DNA from: Thermoproteota archaeon
Lineage (GTDB): Archaea > Thermoproteota > Methanomethylicia > Nezhaarchaeales > WYZ-LMO8
Length of the DNA stretch: 35,643 nucleotides
Assembly: GCA_011605835.1 (NCBI GenBank)
Contig: JAAOZJ010000130.1
Location: 1-35,643 of the forward strand
Direction: 5' to 3'
Shown: piece after piece, positions 15,688-23,480 of the stretch
Layout of the letters: each line of letters opens with the position of its first letter
Numbering within the stretch: the stretch's first letter is position 1
Notes under the pieces: generated by a model
What the model saw: only the letters and a program-made list of their open reading frames with translations
Told to the model about the DNA's origin: nothing
The model's database searches: none
Made by a program: the position numbers and the translations under genes

Positions 15688-18291
15688 TCACCTGTTGAAG
15701 AACGAGGTTATGCTCCTCACTCCAAGTATTTCATCGAAGTCCAAGCCTAGGGCCGTGAGCACCTGCTCGAACGTGGTCCTCATGTGCTCGACGTACTTGT
15801 CGACGTCCACCTCGTCTATCCTGGCCAGTTGGACAGGCTTCACGCCCGGCTCGCCCTTCACCTTCACGTACCTTATTATCGAGCCAGCGTCCACGTTCTT
15901 CTTGTAGGCCATCAAGAGCTTGGCGGCCTTCACGTGCTGGGAGGCCACGGCATACTCTGATGGGTGCTTCGAGAGCATGACGGTGAAGGCAAGCTCGTCC
16001 AAGCTGTACCTCCTCTCCCTCAGCTTGTCGTAGACCTTCTTCGCCAAGTCCCTGAGCAAGACCTTCGACTTCTCGAAGTCCTCGGGGGTATCGACCTTGC
16101 TCAGTATGCCGACGAAGTTCAAGAAGGCCTCCTTCAAGAAGGGTGGCGTGTTCCTCTTCTTGCCCACGAGACCCTTTATGTCGACCTCTCCGTTGACGAG
16201 GACCCCCACGTAGTTCTTCTTGAGCCCAGAAAAGGCAACGAATCTGTAGCGTTTGTCGTAGTCCAGGTCGACCTTGAGCTCCTCCTCGGCCCACTTCATG
16301 AGTTCCCCTATCTTCGACTCGTCGGGGTTGTGTATGAAGATGCTGTCCGTGTCGCCGTAGAGGACCCTAAGCCCCAAGCTCTCGGCCTTCTCTATGGTCT
16401 TGGTTATTATGTACCTGCCTATCGCTGTGGTGCTCTCGGCCACGGGCGGGCAGTACAGCGAGAAGTTGGAGGACCCCATCACACCGTAGGACGCGTTGAG
16501 TATGACCTTCAGGCTCTTCTCCACGACCTCGTAGAGGCTCTTCTTGACTTGGTCCTTGACCTTCTTCGACATGGGCTTGAACCACAAAGCCCTTATGTCC
16601 CTCAACATGCCTATGAGGATCGATGTCAGCCCCTGCCTCTTGGTGCATACCCAGTGGGGTGTCGAGGGTATGACGTTGGACCTGCACTCCGGGTGGTCGC
16701 AGTTTATGACCTCGTAGGACAAGTTCCTCGTCTTGACTATGCTCGGGTACAGTGATGTGAAGTCGAGGACGGCCACGTCGAAGTACACGCCAGCGGGGGG
16801 CTTCAGCACTATGGCCCCCATGTATTTCTTGCCCTTTATCTTGGCCTCCGTGACCGCCTGCCCCTTCACGGCTATTATCTCGTCCTTCCTAGGTATCAGG
16901 TAGTTTCTCTTGCGGTGCTCGAAGTAGAGCATGTTCCTTATCCAGTTCGATATCCCCTGCCTCGTCACGTCCTCCATGCTCATCTTCGATATGCGCATGA
17001 AGAGTATTATGAGCTTCATGACTAGGTTGTCATCGAACTTCGTGAACTGCATTGTTATCTCAGCGTCCCTTAAGCAGTAAGCGGCCAGCTGGGCATAGCT
17101 CAGCTGCGAGACGGGGGCCATGAGCTGGATCTTCCTAATCGAGAGGAGGGCCTCAGCTATGGCATCCAAGGTAACGTCCCTGTACTTGCTGCCGAAGGCG
17201 TAGCCTTGGATAGACCTGTTGTGGAAGAACTTGTAGAGGTCCACGTGGACCGCTGCCGTCAATAGAGCGGCTGGGTGCTCGCCGACGGTCATGGATATGG
17301 GGATCTTGTCCCTCGAGAAGCCGAGCTTGAGCGCCCTGTGGAGCATGTAGTTCAGGTCGAAGTTGTCCCCGTTGAACGTGAGGACCACAGGGTACTCGTT
17401 GAGGAGCTTGAATATCTCCTCCAGCATCTTGTACTCGTCGTAGAAGAACCTCACCTCGATGTTATCGGAGAGCTCATCGGATTGGCCTGTCTCGACGCTG
17501 TCCCTCCTCAGCAGGAAGACGAGCCTCCTACCGTCAGAGTCCACGAGGGCGAACGCTATTATTGGGTATAGGGCCTCTCTCGGGTTCGGGAGCTTGTCGG
17601 GGTCGGGGGAGTAGACCTCTATGTCTATCGCGGCCCTCCTTATGTCCGGGACGGGGGCTAGGAAGAGCGGGAGCCAGTCCTTGAGAAGCTCCTTGGCGGC
17701 CTCCTGCCCTTCAAATATCTTCAAGACCTCTTGGGCCTCCTCTCCGCTGAGCTCCACGTCCACCCTGACCAACTTCCCGTCCTCGACTTTGTAGAGCATC
17801 CCGGGCACGAGCTGCCTGTCGAAGATGTAGCAGTTGTGGTACTTGATGTCCGCCTCCCAAGCCCTTGGCAACAGGTCCCTTATGGCCCCCTTCTTCCCGC
17901 CTATCGCTAGGGGGTCGGAGGCTATGATCTTCGTCATCTCGATCTCCCTCCCCCTCAGCACGTCGAACTTCTTGACCCTCTCGAAGCCCAAGAAGCCGGG
18001 GTGGGAGACCACCTTGCTCCTCTTGAGCTCCTCGACGCTCATGTCGGTCAAGCAGTAGGGCCTGTGCCCGGTGTCGTCGTACCAGAAATGCATCACCCTC
18101 TTCTCCAAGTCGTAGAGCTTCAGGAGGGCCCTTCCGGCCTCTCCACTATACGACACCGAGAGCAGGATGCAGGTCCCGGTGTTCCTAGAGGGCTTGAGCT
18201 CCGGCTTGCCGGCTATGTAGAGCTCCTCCTCGTACTCCGCCTCGTACTCCGCCTCAGCCTCCTCGAGGTACTCCTCTAGGTTGCTCACCAT
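15688..18291 (-). CDS. polB: Family-B DNA polymerase (PolB1-like replicative type)
   Basis: Exonuclease motifs AIDIEVYS and FNGDNFDL are present. Polymerase motifs are LDFTSLYPSIV, KVILNASYGV and LYGDTDSIFI. The start ATG at 18291 (MVSNLEEYLEE) overlaps the stop of the upstream 70-aa ORF (ATGGTGA). The 22-codon extension in the ORF track is rejected. Confidence 0.9.
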   Translation of the reverse strand: MVSNLEEYLEEAEAEYEAEYEEELYIAGKPELKPSRNTGTCILLSVSYSGEAGRALLKLYDLEKRVMHFWYDDTGHRPYCLTDMSVEELKRSKVVSHPGFLGFERVKKFDVLRGREIEMTKIIASDPLAIGGKKGAIRDLLPRAWEADIKYHNCYIFDRQLVPGMLYKVEDGKLVRVDVELSGEEAQEVLKIFEGQEAAKELLKDWLPLFLAPVPDIRRAAIDIEVYSPDPDKLPNPREALYPIIAFALVDSDGRRLVFLLRRDSVETGQSDELSDNIEVRFFYDEYKMLEEIFKLLNEYPVVLTFNGDNFDLNYMLHRALKLGFSRDKIPISMTVGEHPAALLTAAVHVDLYKFFHNRSIQGYAFGSKYRDVTLDAIAEALLSIRKIQLMAPVSQLSYAQLAAYCLRDAEITMQFTKFDDNLVMKLIILFMRISKMSMEDVTRQGISNWIRNMLYFEHRKRNYLIPRKDEIIAVKGQAVTEAKIKGKKYMGAIVLKPPAGVYFDVAVLDFTSLYPSIVKTRNLSYEVINCDHPECRSNVIPSTPHWVCTKRQGLTSILIGMLRDIRALWFKPMSKKVKDQVKKSLYEVVEKSLKVILNASYGVMGSSNFSLYCPPVAESTTAIGRYIITKTIEKAESLGLRVLYGDTDSIFIHNPDESKIGELMKWAEEELKVDLDYDKRYRFVAFSGLKKNYVGVLVNGEVDIKGLVGKKRNTPPFLKEAFLNFVGILSKVDTPEDFEKSKVLLRDLAKKVYDKLRERRYSLDELAFTVMLSKHPSEYAVASQHVKAAKLLMAYKKNVDAGSIIRYVKVKGEPGVKPVQLARIDEVDVDKYVEHMRTTFEQVLTALGLDFDEILGVRSITSFFNR

Positions 18292-18497
18292 CTCAGCCTC
18301 TCCAGCTCGCGGACCTCCTCGCTCCTCTTCTTGTACTCCTTGTAGTGTCTCTTGCACAAGTACACCCTGCCCCGGGCTTCGGCCTCCACTTCGAAGTACT
18401 TCGAGGCTTCAGAGGCGGAGAGCGATCTGACGGCTGGCTCAGAGCAAAGAGAGCACTTCTCTCCCTTGGACACCTTGCCCAACACCCGTACCTCCAA
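18285..18497 (-). CDS. Small Cys/His protein (70 aa), translationally coupled to polB
   Basis: MEVRVLGKVSKGEKCSLCSEP...VYLCKRHYKEYKKRSEEVRELERLRW has a CxxC...CxxH putative Zn site and a basic helical tail. GATTTTAAG lies ~25 nt upstream of the ATG, suggesting a leaderless transcript. Confidence 0.6.
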   Translation of the reverse strand: MEVRVLGKVSKGEKCSLCSEPAVRSLSASEASKYFEVEAEARGRVYLCKRHYKEYKKRSEEVRELERLRW

Positions 18498-18582
18498 TCC
18501 TAGTGTGCGGCGGTCGATTTTAAGCTGTTGCGAAGGAAGCTTGGCGACAACAAAATATCTAGGAGGGCCGGAGTAGTGAAGA

Positions 18583-18670
18583 GGGCCCGTCGTCTAGCTT
18601 GGACAGGACGCCAGCCTGCGGATGACCAGTAGAGAGCTGGAGGTCCGGGGTTCAAGTCCCCGCGGGCCCG
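18583..18670 (+). tRNA. tRNA-Arg (anticodon GCG) with a 13-nt intron at the canonical 37/38 site
   Basis: Hand-folded cloverleaf. Acceptor GGGCCCG/CGGGCCC; D arm GTCT-AGCTTGGACA-GGAC; anticodon stem CCAGC/GCTGG with loop CT-GCG-G. The insert ATGACCAGTAGAG precedes A38. T arm CGGGG-TTCAAGT-CCCCG; discriminator G. CCA is encoded at 18671-18673. Confidence 0.85.
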
Positions 18671-19045
18671 CCACTAACTTGCAAGGATCGATGACATGTG
18701 AGGTCTAGGCCCTAGCCGTCCAATTCTCACAAACCTGTCGTTCTTAAAGCATCAGCCCAACAGCGATCTCGCCAAGCACTTCGGAGCCCTGCGTGAAAAC
18801 TATTTCCCCGAGACTATTCCTTTGCAAGGAATTGCCTTAGGGTTTCCGACTCCATTCAGGGCCTTCATCGACTACTTCGTGACCTCCACGGGCGACTCAA
18901 GGGCCTCGAGATCCTATGTCTTTGTCAGGTACTTCTCCGTGGCGCAGACCCTCGCTAAGCTCGTCGGCGCTACCATTACCAGCCGCTCGCCCCATGCTGG
19001 CTTGAGGGCGAAATTCTAATTATGGCAGTAGGCCTACTTATCTTG

Positions 19046-19222
19046 ATGAGCGAGCCGGGGAAGAAAAAGAGCGAGTGCGCCCACGACAAGCTAGAGTACT
19101 TGGGGGATCAAAAAGGCGAGAGAGGTGTCAACAAGTATTACAGATGCATGAGGTGTGGAAGCGTGCTAATACTGTCTGAGGACGGCACTTGGTACGAGGT
19201 GCCAGCGTCGAAGCAGCAATAG
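19046..19222 (+). CDS. Hypothetical small protein (58 aa), possible CxxH...CxxC zinc-binding
   Basis: MSEPGKKKSECAHDKLEYLGDQKGERGVNKYYRCMRCGSVLILSEDGTWYEVPASKQQ. The A/T block TTCTAATTAT lies ~25-33 nt upstream of ATG 19046. ATG 19022 is an alternative start. Confidence 0.4.
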   Translation: MSEPGKKKSECAHDKLEYLGDQKGERGVNKYYRCMRCGSVLILSEDGTWYEVPASKQQ

Positions 19223-19549
19223 CGACGTCGTTGGAATTCCTCGATCACTTCGTCAAATGGCGCTTCACGAGCCGCTACCTTGTTTCAAGATCGTCTGGGA
19301 ACCGCCCGCACCCCTGCTAGCGTTTCCCCGACTAACGGTACTTGGTGGTATCTTTGGATATCTGCAGGCCGTTAGTGAGGGCCTAGGCGAGATCATCAAC
19401 ATCACCCGCATCTCATGGGCGTTAGTCGAGGCCGAATGCCACGGGCTCCCGATCGCCTCTCCTTCATCCCCTCATCGCGTCGCAATAAAGAGGATCTGAG
19501 CTTTCTATGGATAAATGCACTGCCATCATATCTGGCCTTGTTCTTGCAT

Positions 19550-21526
19550 CTACATTCTCTGGGCCAGCTTGAAGTTAAGAGCCTTCGCGCAACTTTCCAT
19601 GACTATCTTGAGCGAGTAGACCAGCATCAGCCTAGCCCTACGGGCCTCTTCGTCTTTCTCCCTTATCACATTCACCTTTTCGTAGTAGGAGTTGAAGACC
19701 TCGCTTATCTGGTTCAAGAAGCCCGTAAGCACCTCGGGCCTAAGCCCGTCGGCCGCCTCGACGAAGAGCTTGGGGTACTTGGCCATCTGGATGACCAGCT
19801 CCCGCTCGTACTCGTGGACCAACTTGGTCGTGTCCACGTCGGCCGTGGGCTCGAAATCGCTCTTCCTCAGAATCCCAAGGGCCCTCACGTAGGTGTAGTT
19901 TATGAAGGGGAAGCTGTTCCTCTCGAAGTTGACTACCTGCTCCCAGTCGAAGGTTATGGGCTTGCTGGCTGTGACGTTTAAGAGCGCATACCTGACAGCC
20001 CCAACGCCCACGACCTCGGCTATCTCCTCCTTCTCCTCCTCGCTCAGCCTCCAGCCTCTCTTCTCAACCTCCAGCTTCACCCTGCCGACCGCCTCGTTGA
20101 GTAAGTCGTCGAGTGCGACGTACCTGCCCCTCCTGCTCGACATCTTGGCCCCCGGGAGCTTCACCAGCTCGTAGGCGTAGTGCAGATAGCGGGACTCGAC
20201 GTCCTTGACCCCTAGGAGGGCGAGCGCAACCCTCAGCTGCAACTGAGCCATGCTCTGCTCTGCTCCTATGACGTTTATGACCTTGTCAGCCCTCCTGAGC
20301 TTCCAGAGCGCGTAGGCTATGTCCCTCGTCGTGTAGAGGGTCGTCCCGTCGGCCCTCTTCAGCGTGAGCTTCGGTATCTCCTTGTTGGCTAGGCCCCATT
20401 TCTCCTTAAGGCCGAGGGCCGAGGCCACCGCGTCGACGTCGAGCACGAGGGCCCCTTGAGAGGTGTCTAGGGCCCAGGGAGCCAAGTCCCTTATCCTCTC
20501 TATCGCCTCCTCCGTCGCCCCGCTCCATACAGTCAGCTCGCTCTCCCAGTCCCACTCGTCGAACTCGATCCTCATTCGGGATAGGGTCTGCCTGAAGCCC
20601 TCTATGACGGCACTACAGAGCTCCCTCACCGCCTTCACGGCCTCCCTCGCCCCCTCCTCGTAGTCCCTGTTGAGCTTAGATATCGCCGCCCTGGGGTCCC
20701 CGTCCTCCTTCATCCTGTCCAAGAGGTGGTCGAAGAGCTCGGGGTCCCTGCTCCTCAGCTCGTAGGCTATCCCCACCCACTCGTCGAGCTCCTTCATCAG
20801 CTCGCGCCTCGCCTCGTCGTCTTGAGCACTCTCGATCCTCTTCCTGAGCTCCGATATCTCCACTATGGCATTAGTCATCGGGTACACGAGCCCCACCACG
20901 TGGTCTGGCTTCCCCCTCCCTCCCCCGAGCCTGTCCCTGACCTTGGAGTAGCCGTAGGCCGCTATCATGACCTGGAGGCCGACGTCGTTCACGTAGAAGT
21001 GGGTCTCGACGACATGGCCCCGAGCCCTGAGGAGCGAGGCTAGGCTGTCGCCTATGACCGCGTTCCTCGCGGTCCCTATCGTCAGGGGGTGGACGGGGTT
21101 GCCGCTCGTGTGCTCCACTATTATCTTGAGGGGCCTGTCGACCTTCACGAGCCCGTAGTCCGGCCCCAGCTCGACCACGGCCTTGAAGAGCTCTCGGGCC
21201 AGCTCGAAGTGGTTGGCGTAGAAGTTCACGTAGCCCGAGCCCGCGGGCTCCACTCTGCCCACGTACTTCCTATCCATAGAGGCTATCTTGAGTGCGAGCT
21301 CGTCGGCGAGCTCCTTGGGCCTCTTGCCCATGGCCCTTGCGAGCTCGAAGCAGGGAAAGGCGAGCTCGCCCATCTCCTTTGAAGGAGGGACCTCCAGCCC
21401 CCTGGTCAAAGTTCTCTCGACTACTTCTCTCGCCTCTTCTGCCAGCTCGCCGAGCGAGGCCCTGAGCAGTCTAAAGCATTCCTCCTCGAACAGCCGGAAG
21501 GGCACGGGGTTCGCCATACCCATCAA
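19550..21526 (-). CDS. argS: Arginyl-tRNA synthetase
   Basis: 658 aa. It has the class-I HIGH region EHTSGNPVHPLTIGTARN, an anticodon-binding DALR-type C-terminal domain, and the characteristic C-terminal ...RM. Confidence 0.9.
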   Translation of the reverse strand: MMGMANPVPFRLFEEECFRLLRASLGELAEEAREVVERTLTRGLEVPPSKEMGELAFPCFELARAMGKRPKELADELALKIASMDRKYVGRVEPAGSGYVNFYANHFELARELFKAVVELGPDYGLVKVDRPLKIIVEHTSGNPVHPLTIGTARNAVIGDSLASLLRARGHVVETHFYVNDVGLQVMIAAYGYSKVRDRLGGGRGKPDHVVGLVYPMTNAIVEISELRKRIESAQDDEARRELMKELDEWVGIAYELRSRDPELFDHLLDRMKEDGDPRAAISKLNRDYEEGAREAVKAVRELCSAVIEGFRQTLSRMRIEFDEWDWESELTVWSGATEEAIERIRDLAPWALDTSQGALVLDVDAVASALGLKEKWGLANKEIPKLTLKRADGTTLYTTRDIAYALWKLRRADKVINVIGAEQSMAQLQLRVALALLGVKDVESRYLHYAYELVKLPGAKMSSRRGRYVALDDLLNEAVGRVKLEVEKRGWRLSEEEKEEIAEVVGVGAVRYALLNVTASKPITFDWEQVVNFERNSFPFINYTYVRALGILRKSDFEPTADVDTTKLVHEYERELVIQMAKYPKLFVEAADGLRPEVLTGFLNQISEVFNSYYEKVNVIREKDEEARRARLMLVYSLKIVMESCAKALNFKLAQRM

Positions 21527-21614
21527 CGTTGAGGGCCTTGTACTGTTCTAGCGTGCTGTCTCGCTAGGTATTAACCTTGTCCTTGAAAGGCGATGAACGA
21601 AGGCCTCGAATCCC

Positions 21615-21950
21615 CTAGCCCAAGAGCTTCTCCGGTATGCTCTTGGAGGCGACGAGTGTTGGGATTCCGGCGACCCGCGCCGTCACTAGTATGGTCTCGA
21701 TCATCTCATCCTTCGTCGCGCCAGCCTCGAGGGCCCTAGCTAAGACCTTGCGCGCCTGCCTCTCCTCGACTCCTTGGCAGATGCTAAGGGCCAGTGCTAT
21801 CAAGCGCTTGTACTTGAGAGGCAATGCTCCATCCCTCCATATCGTGGAGTAGAGGGACTTGATGGCCTCCCGGAGCTGAGGGTCGACCTTGTCAGCAACC
21901 TCAAGAGACTCAATGGGCTCCTTACAACCTCTAGCTCGACTCATACACAT
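21615..21950 (-). CDS. Carboxymuconolactone decarboxylase (CMD/AhpD-like) family protein
   Basis: 111 aa. DGALPLKYKRLIALALSICQG...EAGATKDEMIETILVTA is the CMD helix pattern. It has a single Cys where AhpD-like members carry CxxC. Confidence 0.7.
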   Translation of the reverse strand: MCMSRARGCKEPIESLEVADKVDPQLREAIKSLYSTIWRDGALPLKYKRLIALALSICQGVEERQARKVLARALEAGATKDEMIETILVTARVAGIPTLVASKSIPEKLLG

Positions 21951-22126
21951 TCTCCTACAGGTTTTTGGTTATCGTCGTACTAAATTAAACTTGCTACTAC
22001 ATGTACGAAATCGAAGGTCATAACGTTAGGCTTGTCACGCTACAGCGAGATATTTGGGCTGCCGGAAATCCTGAAGAGGACTCGATGCTTCGGGGTCGGC
22101 CACTTAGCCGTCCATGGCGCTGGACT

Positions 22127-22465
22127 TTACGTGCACAGGAGCTCCTTGGCCGCTTTATACGCCTTAGCTCCGTAGGCCAGCGACGGCCCACCACCCATGG
22201 CCACCGCCACCTCTATCACCTCGACCACCTCGTCGATGCTCGCCCCAGCCTTTGCTGCTTCGCTCAGATGCCTCATGGTGCAGGGCTCGCACCTTATGGC
22301 TATCGATATCCCGAGGGCGAGGAGCTCCTTAAACTTCCTGTCCAAGACCTTGGACCCTTTGGCCTTCTCCGAGTACTCCCCGAATATCCGTAGCTCGGGA
22401 GCCCTCGAGAAAAGCTCCTTCAAGTTCTCGTCGAGCTCCTCCAGAATCTTCTTGGCCTCGCCCAT
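22127..22465 (-). CDS. Carboxymuconolactone decarboxylase (CMD/AhpD-like) family protein with a CxxC motif
   Basis: 112 aa. LDRKFKELLALGISIAIRCEPCTMRHLSEAAKAGASIDEVVEVIEVAVAMGGGPS is the canonical CMD core with CEPC. Confidence 0.8.
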   Translation of the reverse strand: MGEAKKILEELDENLKELFSRAPELRIFGEYSEKAKGSKVLDRKFKELLALGISIAIRCEPCTMRHLSEAAKAGASIDEVVEVIEVAVAMGGGPSLAYGAKAYKAAKELLCT

Positions 22466-22642
22466 ACCTCGTTGCCACTAGCCATCTGCTCAGCCTTCTA
22501 TTAAGGCTTTTCTTGAGGTACATAATGCTCGAACGCCGAAGAAACTGGAGCGCTTTGAGGACTCTTCTCAAGACTCGGGCTTCACATGCACCTCACTCTA
22601 CATGGTAAGCCATTGCTCTTTCGAGTGTCCATCAGACTTCGA

Positions 22643-22715
22643 TTTGGGTTCCTAGAAAAGCTCACAAATACGCCTTGCTCGCTAAAAGTGTCCTCGAGAC
22701 TTCCAAGGTCAACAA
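22643..22715. repeat. Partial, more diverged copy of the 12.1 kb / 34.4 kb non-coding element
   Basis: TTGGGTTCCT...CTCAC...CCTTGCTCGCTA (22673-22684, identical to 12193-12204). This is followed by GTCCTCGAGACTTCCAAGGTCAAC, compared with GGCCATCAAGACTCCACGTAACC in copy A. Confidence 0.45.
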
Positions 22716-22787
22716 ATAATGGTGTTATCTACGTTGGAAAGACTTATTAAAACGCGGTAACATAGAACCAGAGGACTGTAACACGAG

Positions 22788-23480
22788 GTGGCCTATGTGG
22801 TTGACTCGTCCCTCGTCGAGAGAGCAAGGGAGCTCCACGGCCACATATGCCCCTTTGTAGTCTTGGGCTTGAGAGCCTCGGAGATAGCCATGAAGAGGCT
22901 GGGCATCGAGAAGGCGGGCGAGGCGGAGACCGTGGGCGAGGAGATCCTAGCCATAGTCGAGTGCAACAACTGCTTCGCCGATGGGGTGCAAGTCGCGACG
23001 GGCTGCACGCTCGGGAACAACAGCTTGATATACTTGGATTTGGGCAAGAACGCCGTCACCTTGGTCAAGAGGGGCAACTGGAGGGGGATCAGGGTCTACG
23101 TGGACTTCGATAGGCTGAGGAGCCTCTACTTCAGCGAAGATGCCTTGAAGCTCTTCGAGAAGGTGGTCGTGAAGAGAGAGGGGACAAGAGAGGACCAGGA
23201 GAGGCTCGGGAAGCTTTGGACCGAGATCGGCCTGTCGCTCGCGAGCGCGCCCGAGGATCTCTTTAAGGTGGAGGAGGTGAGGGTTGCTGAAATCGAGAGG
23301 GCCCCGATATTCGAGAGCGTAAGGTGCGAGGGTTGCGGAGAGCTCGCCATGGCTACGAGGGTTCGTGAGGTCGACGGCAAGAGGCTCTGTCTAGGTTGCG
23401 TGGGCGAGTGCGAGGCAGTGGTCGGGAGGGGCATAGTCTCGAGCTTCAAGGTCCCGCTCTCGAGGGGTGGAAGGCCGTGA
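22788..23480 (+). CDS. FmdE-domain protein with a C-terminal zinc ribbon
   Basis: HGHICPFVVLGLRA...ECNNCFADGVQVATGCTLGNNSL is the FmdE (PF02663-type) core. CEGCGE...CLGC forms the Zn ribbon. Its stop overlaps the start of the binding-protein gene (GTGA). Confidence 0.8.
   Translation: MAYVVDSSLVERARELHGHICPFVVLGLRASEIAMKRLGIEKAGEAETVGEEILAIVECNNCFADGVQVATGCTLGNNSLIYLDLGKNAVTLVKRGNWRGIRVYVDFDRLRSLYFSEDALKLFEKVVVKREGTREDQERLGKLWTEIGLSLASAPEDLFKVEEVRVAEIERAPIFESVRCEGCGELAMATRVREVDGKRLCLGCVGECEAVVGRGIVSSFKVPLSRGGRP

Noticed and set aside
15964-16755. Long antisense or alternative-frame ORFs inside strong CDSs. Examples are 15964-16755, 15731-16294, 8536-9054, 12667-13287, 4837-5442, 24790-25359, 28504-29064, 29726-30367 and 19415-19981.
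   Set aside because: These are typical shadow ORFs of GC-rich DNA. Their compositions are Arg/Gly/Pro/Leu/His-rich, they have no motifs, and each is fully nested in a CDS with clear family signatures on the other strand or frame.
18231-18254. Short tandem repeats as possible CRISPR or minisatellite signals. Examples are CTCGTACTCCGC x2 at 18231-18254 and GTGGAGGAGC x2 at 26761-26780.
   Set aside because: Each has only two units with no spacers. Both lie within coding sequence. Nothing in the window has the repeat-spacer periodicity of a CRISPR array.
18292-18357. 22-codon upstream extension of polB (MQETLQGVQEEERGGPRAGEAE)
   Set aside because: It overlaps the 3' end of the 70-aa ORF. The ATG at 18291 gives the ATGGTGA coupling junction and a normal acidic PolB N-terminus.
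18674-19021. Possible additional full copy of the 12.1/34.4 kb repeat downstream of tRNA-Arg(GCG)
   Set aside because: Only short word matches exist (AGGGTTTC, CTCCACG, GTCTTTG). Their spacing is very different from that in copies A and B, which is compatible with chance.
19257-19499. 80-aa plus-strand ORF in the spacer downstream of argS
   Set aside because: It has no start context and no motifs, and its composition looks non-coding. The region is better described by the repeated 12-13-mers and hairpins.
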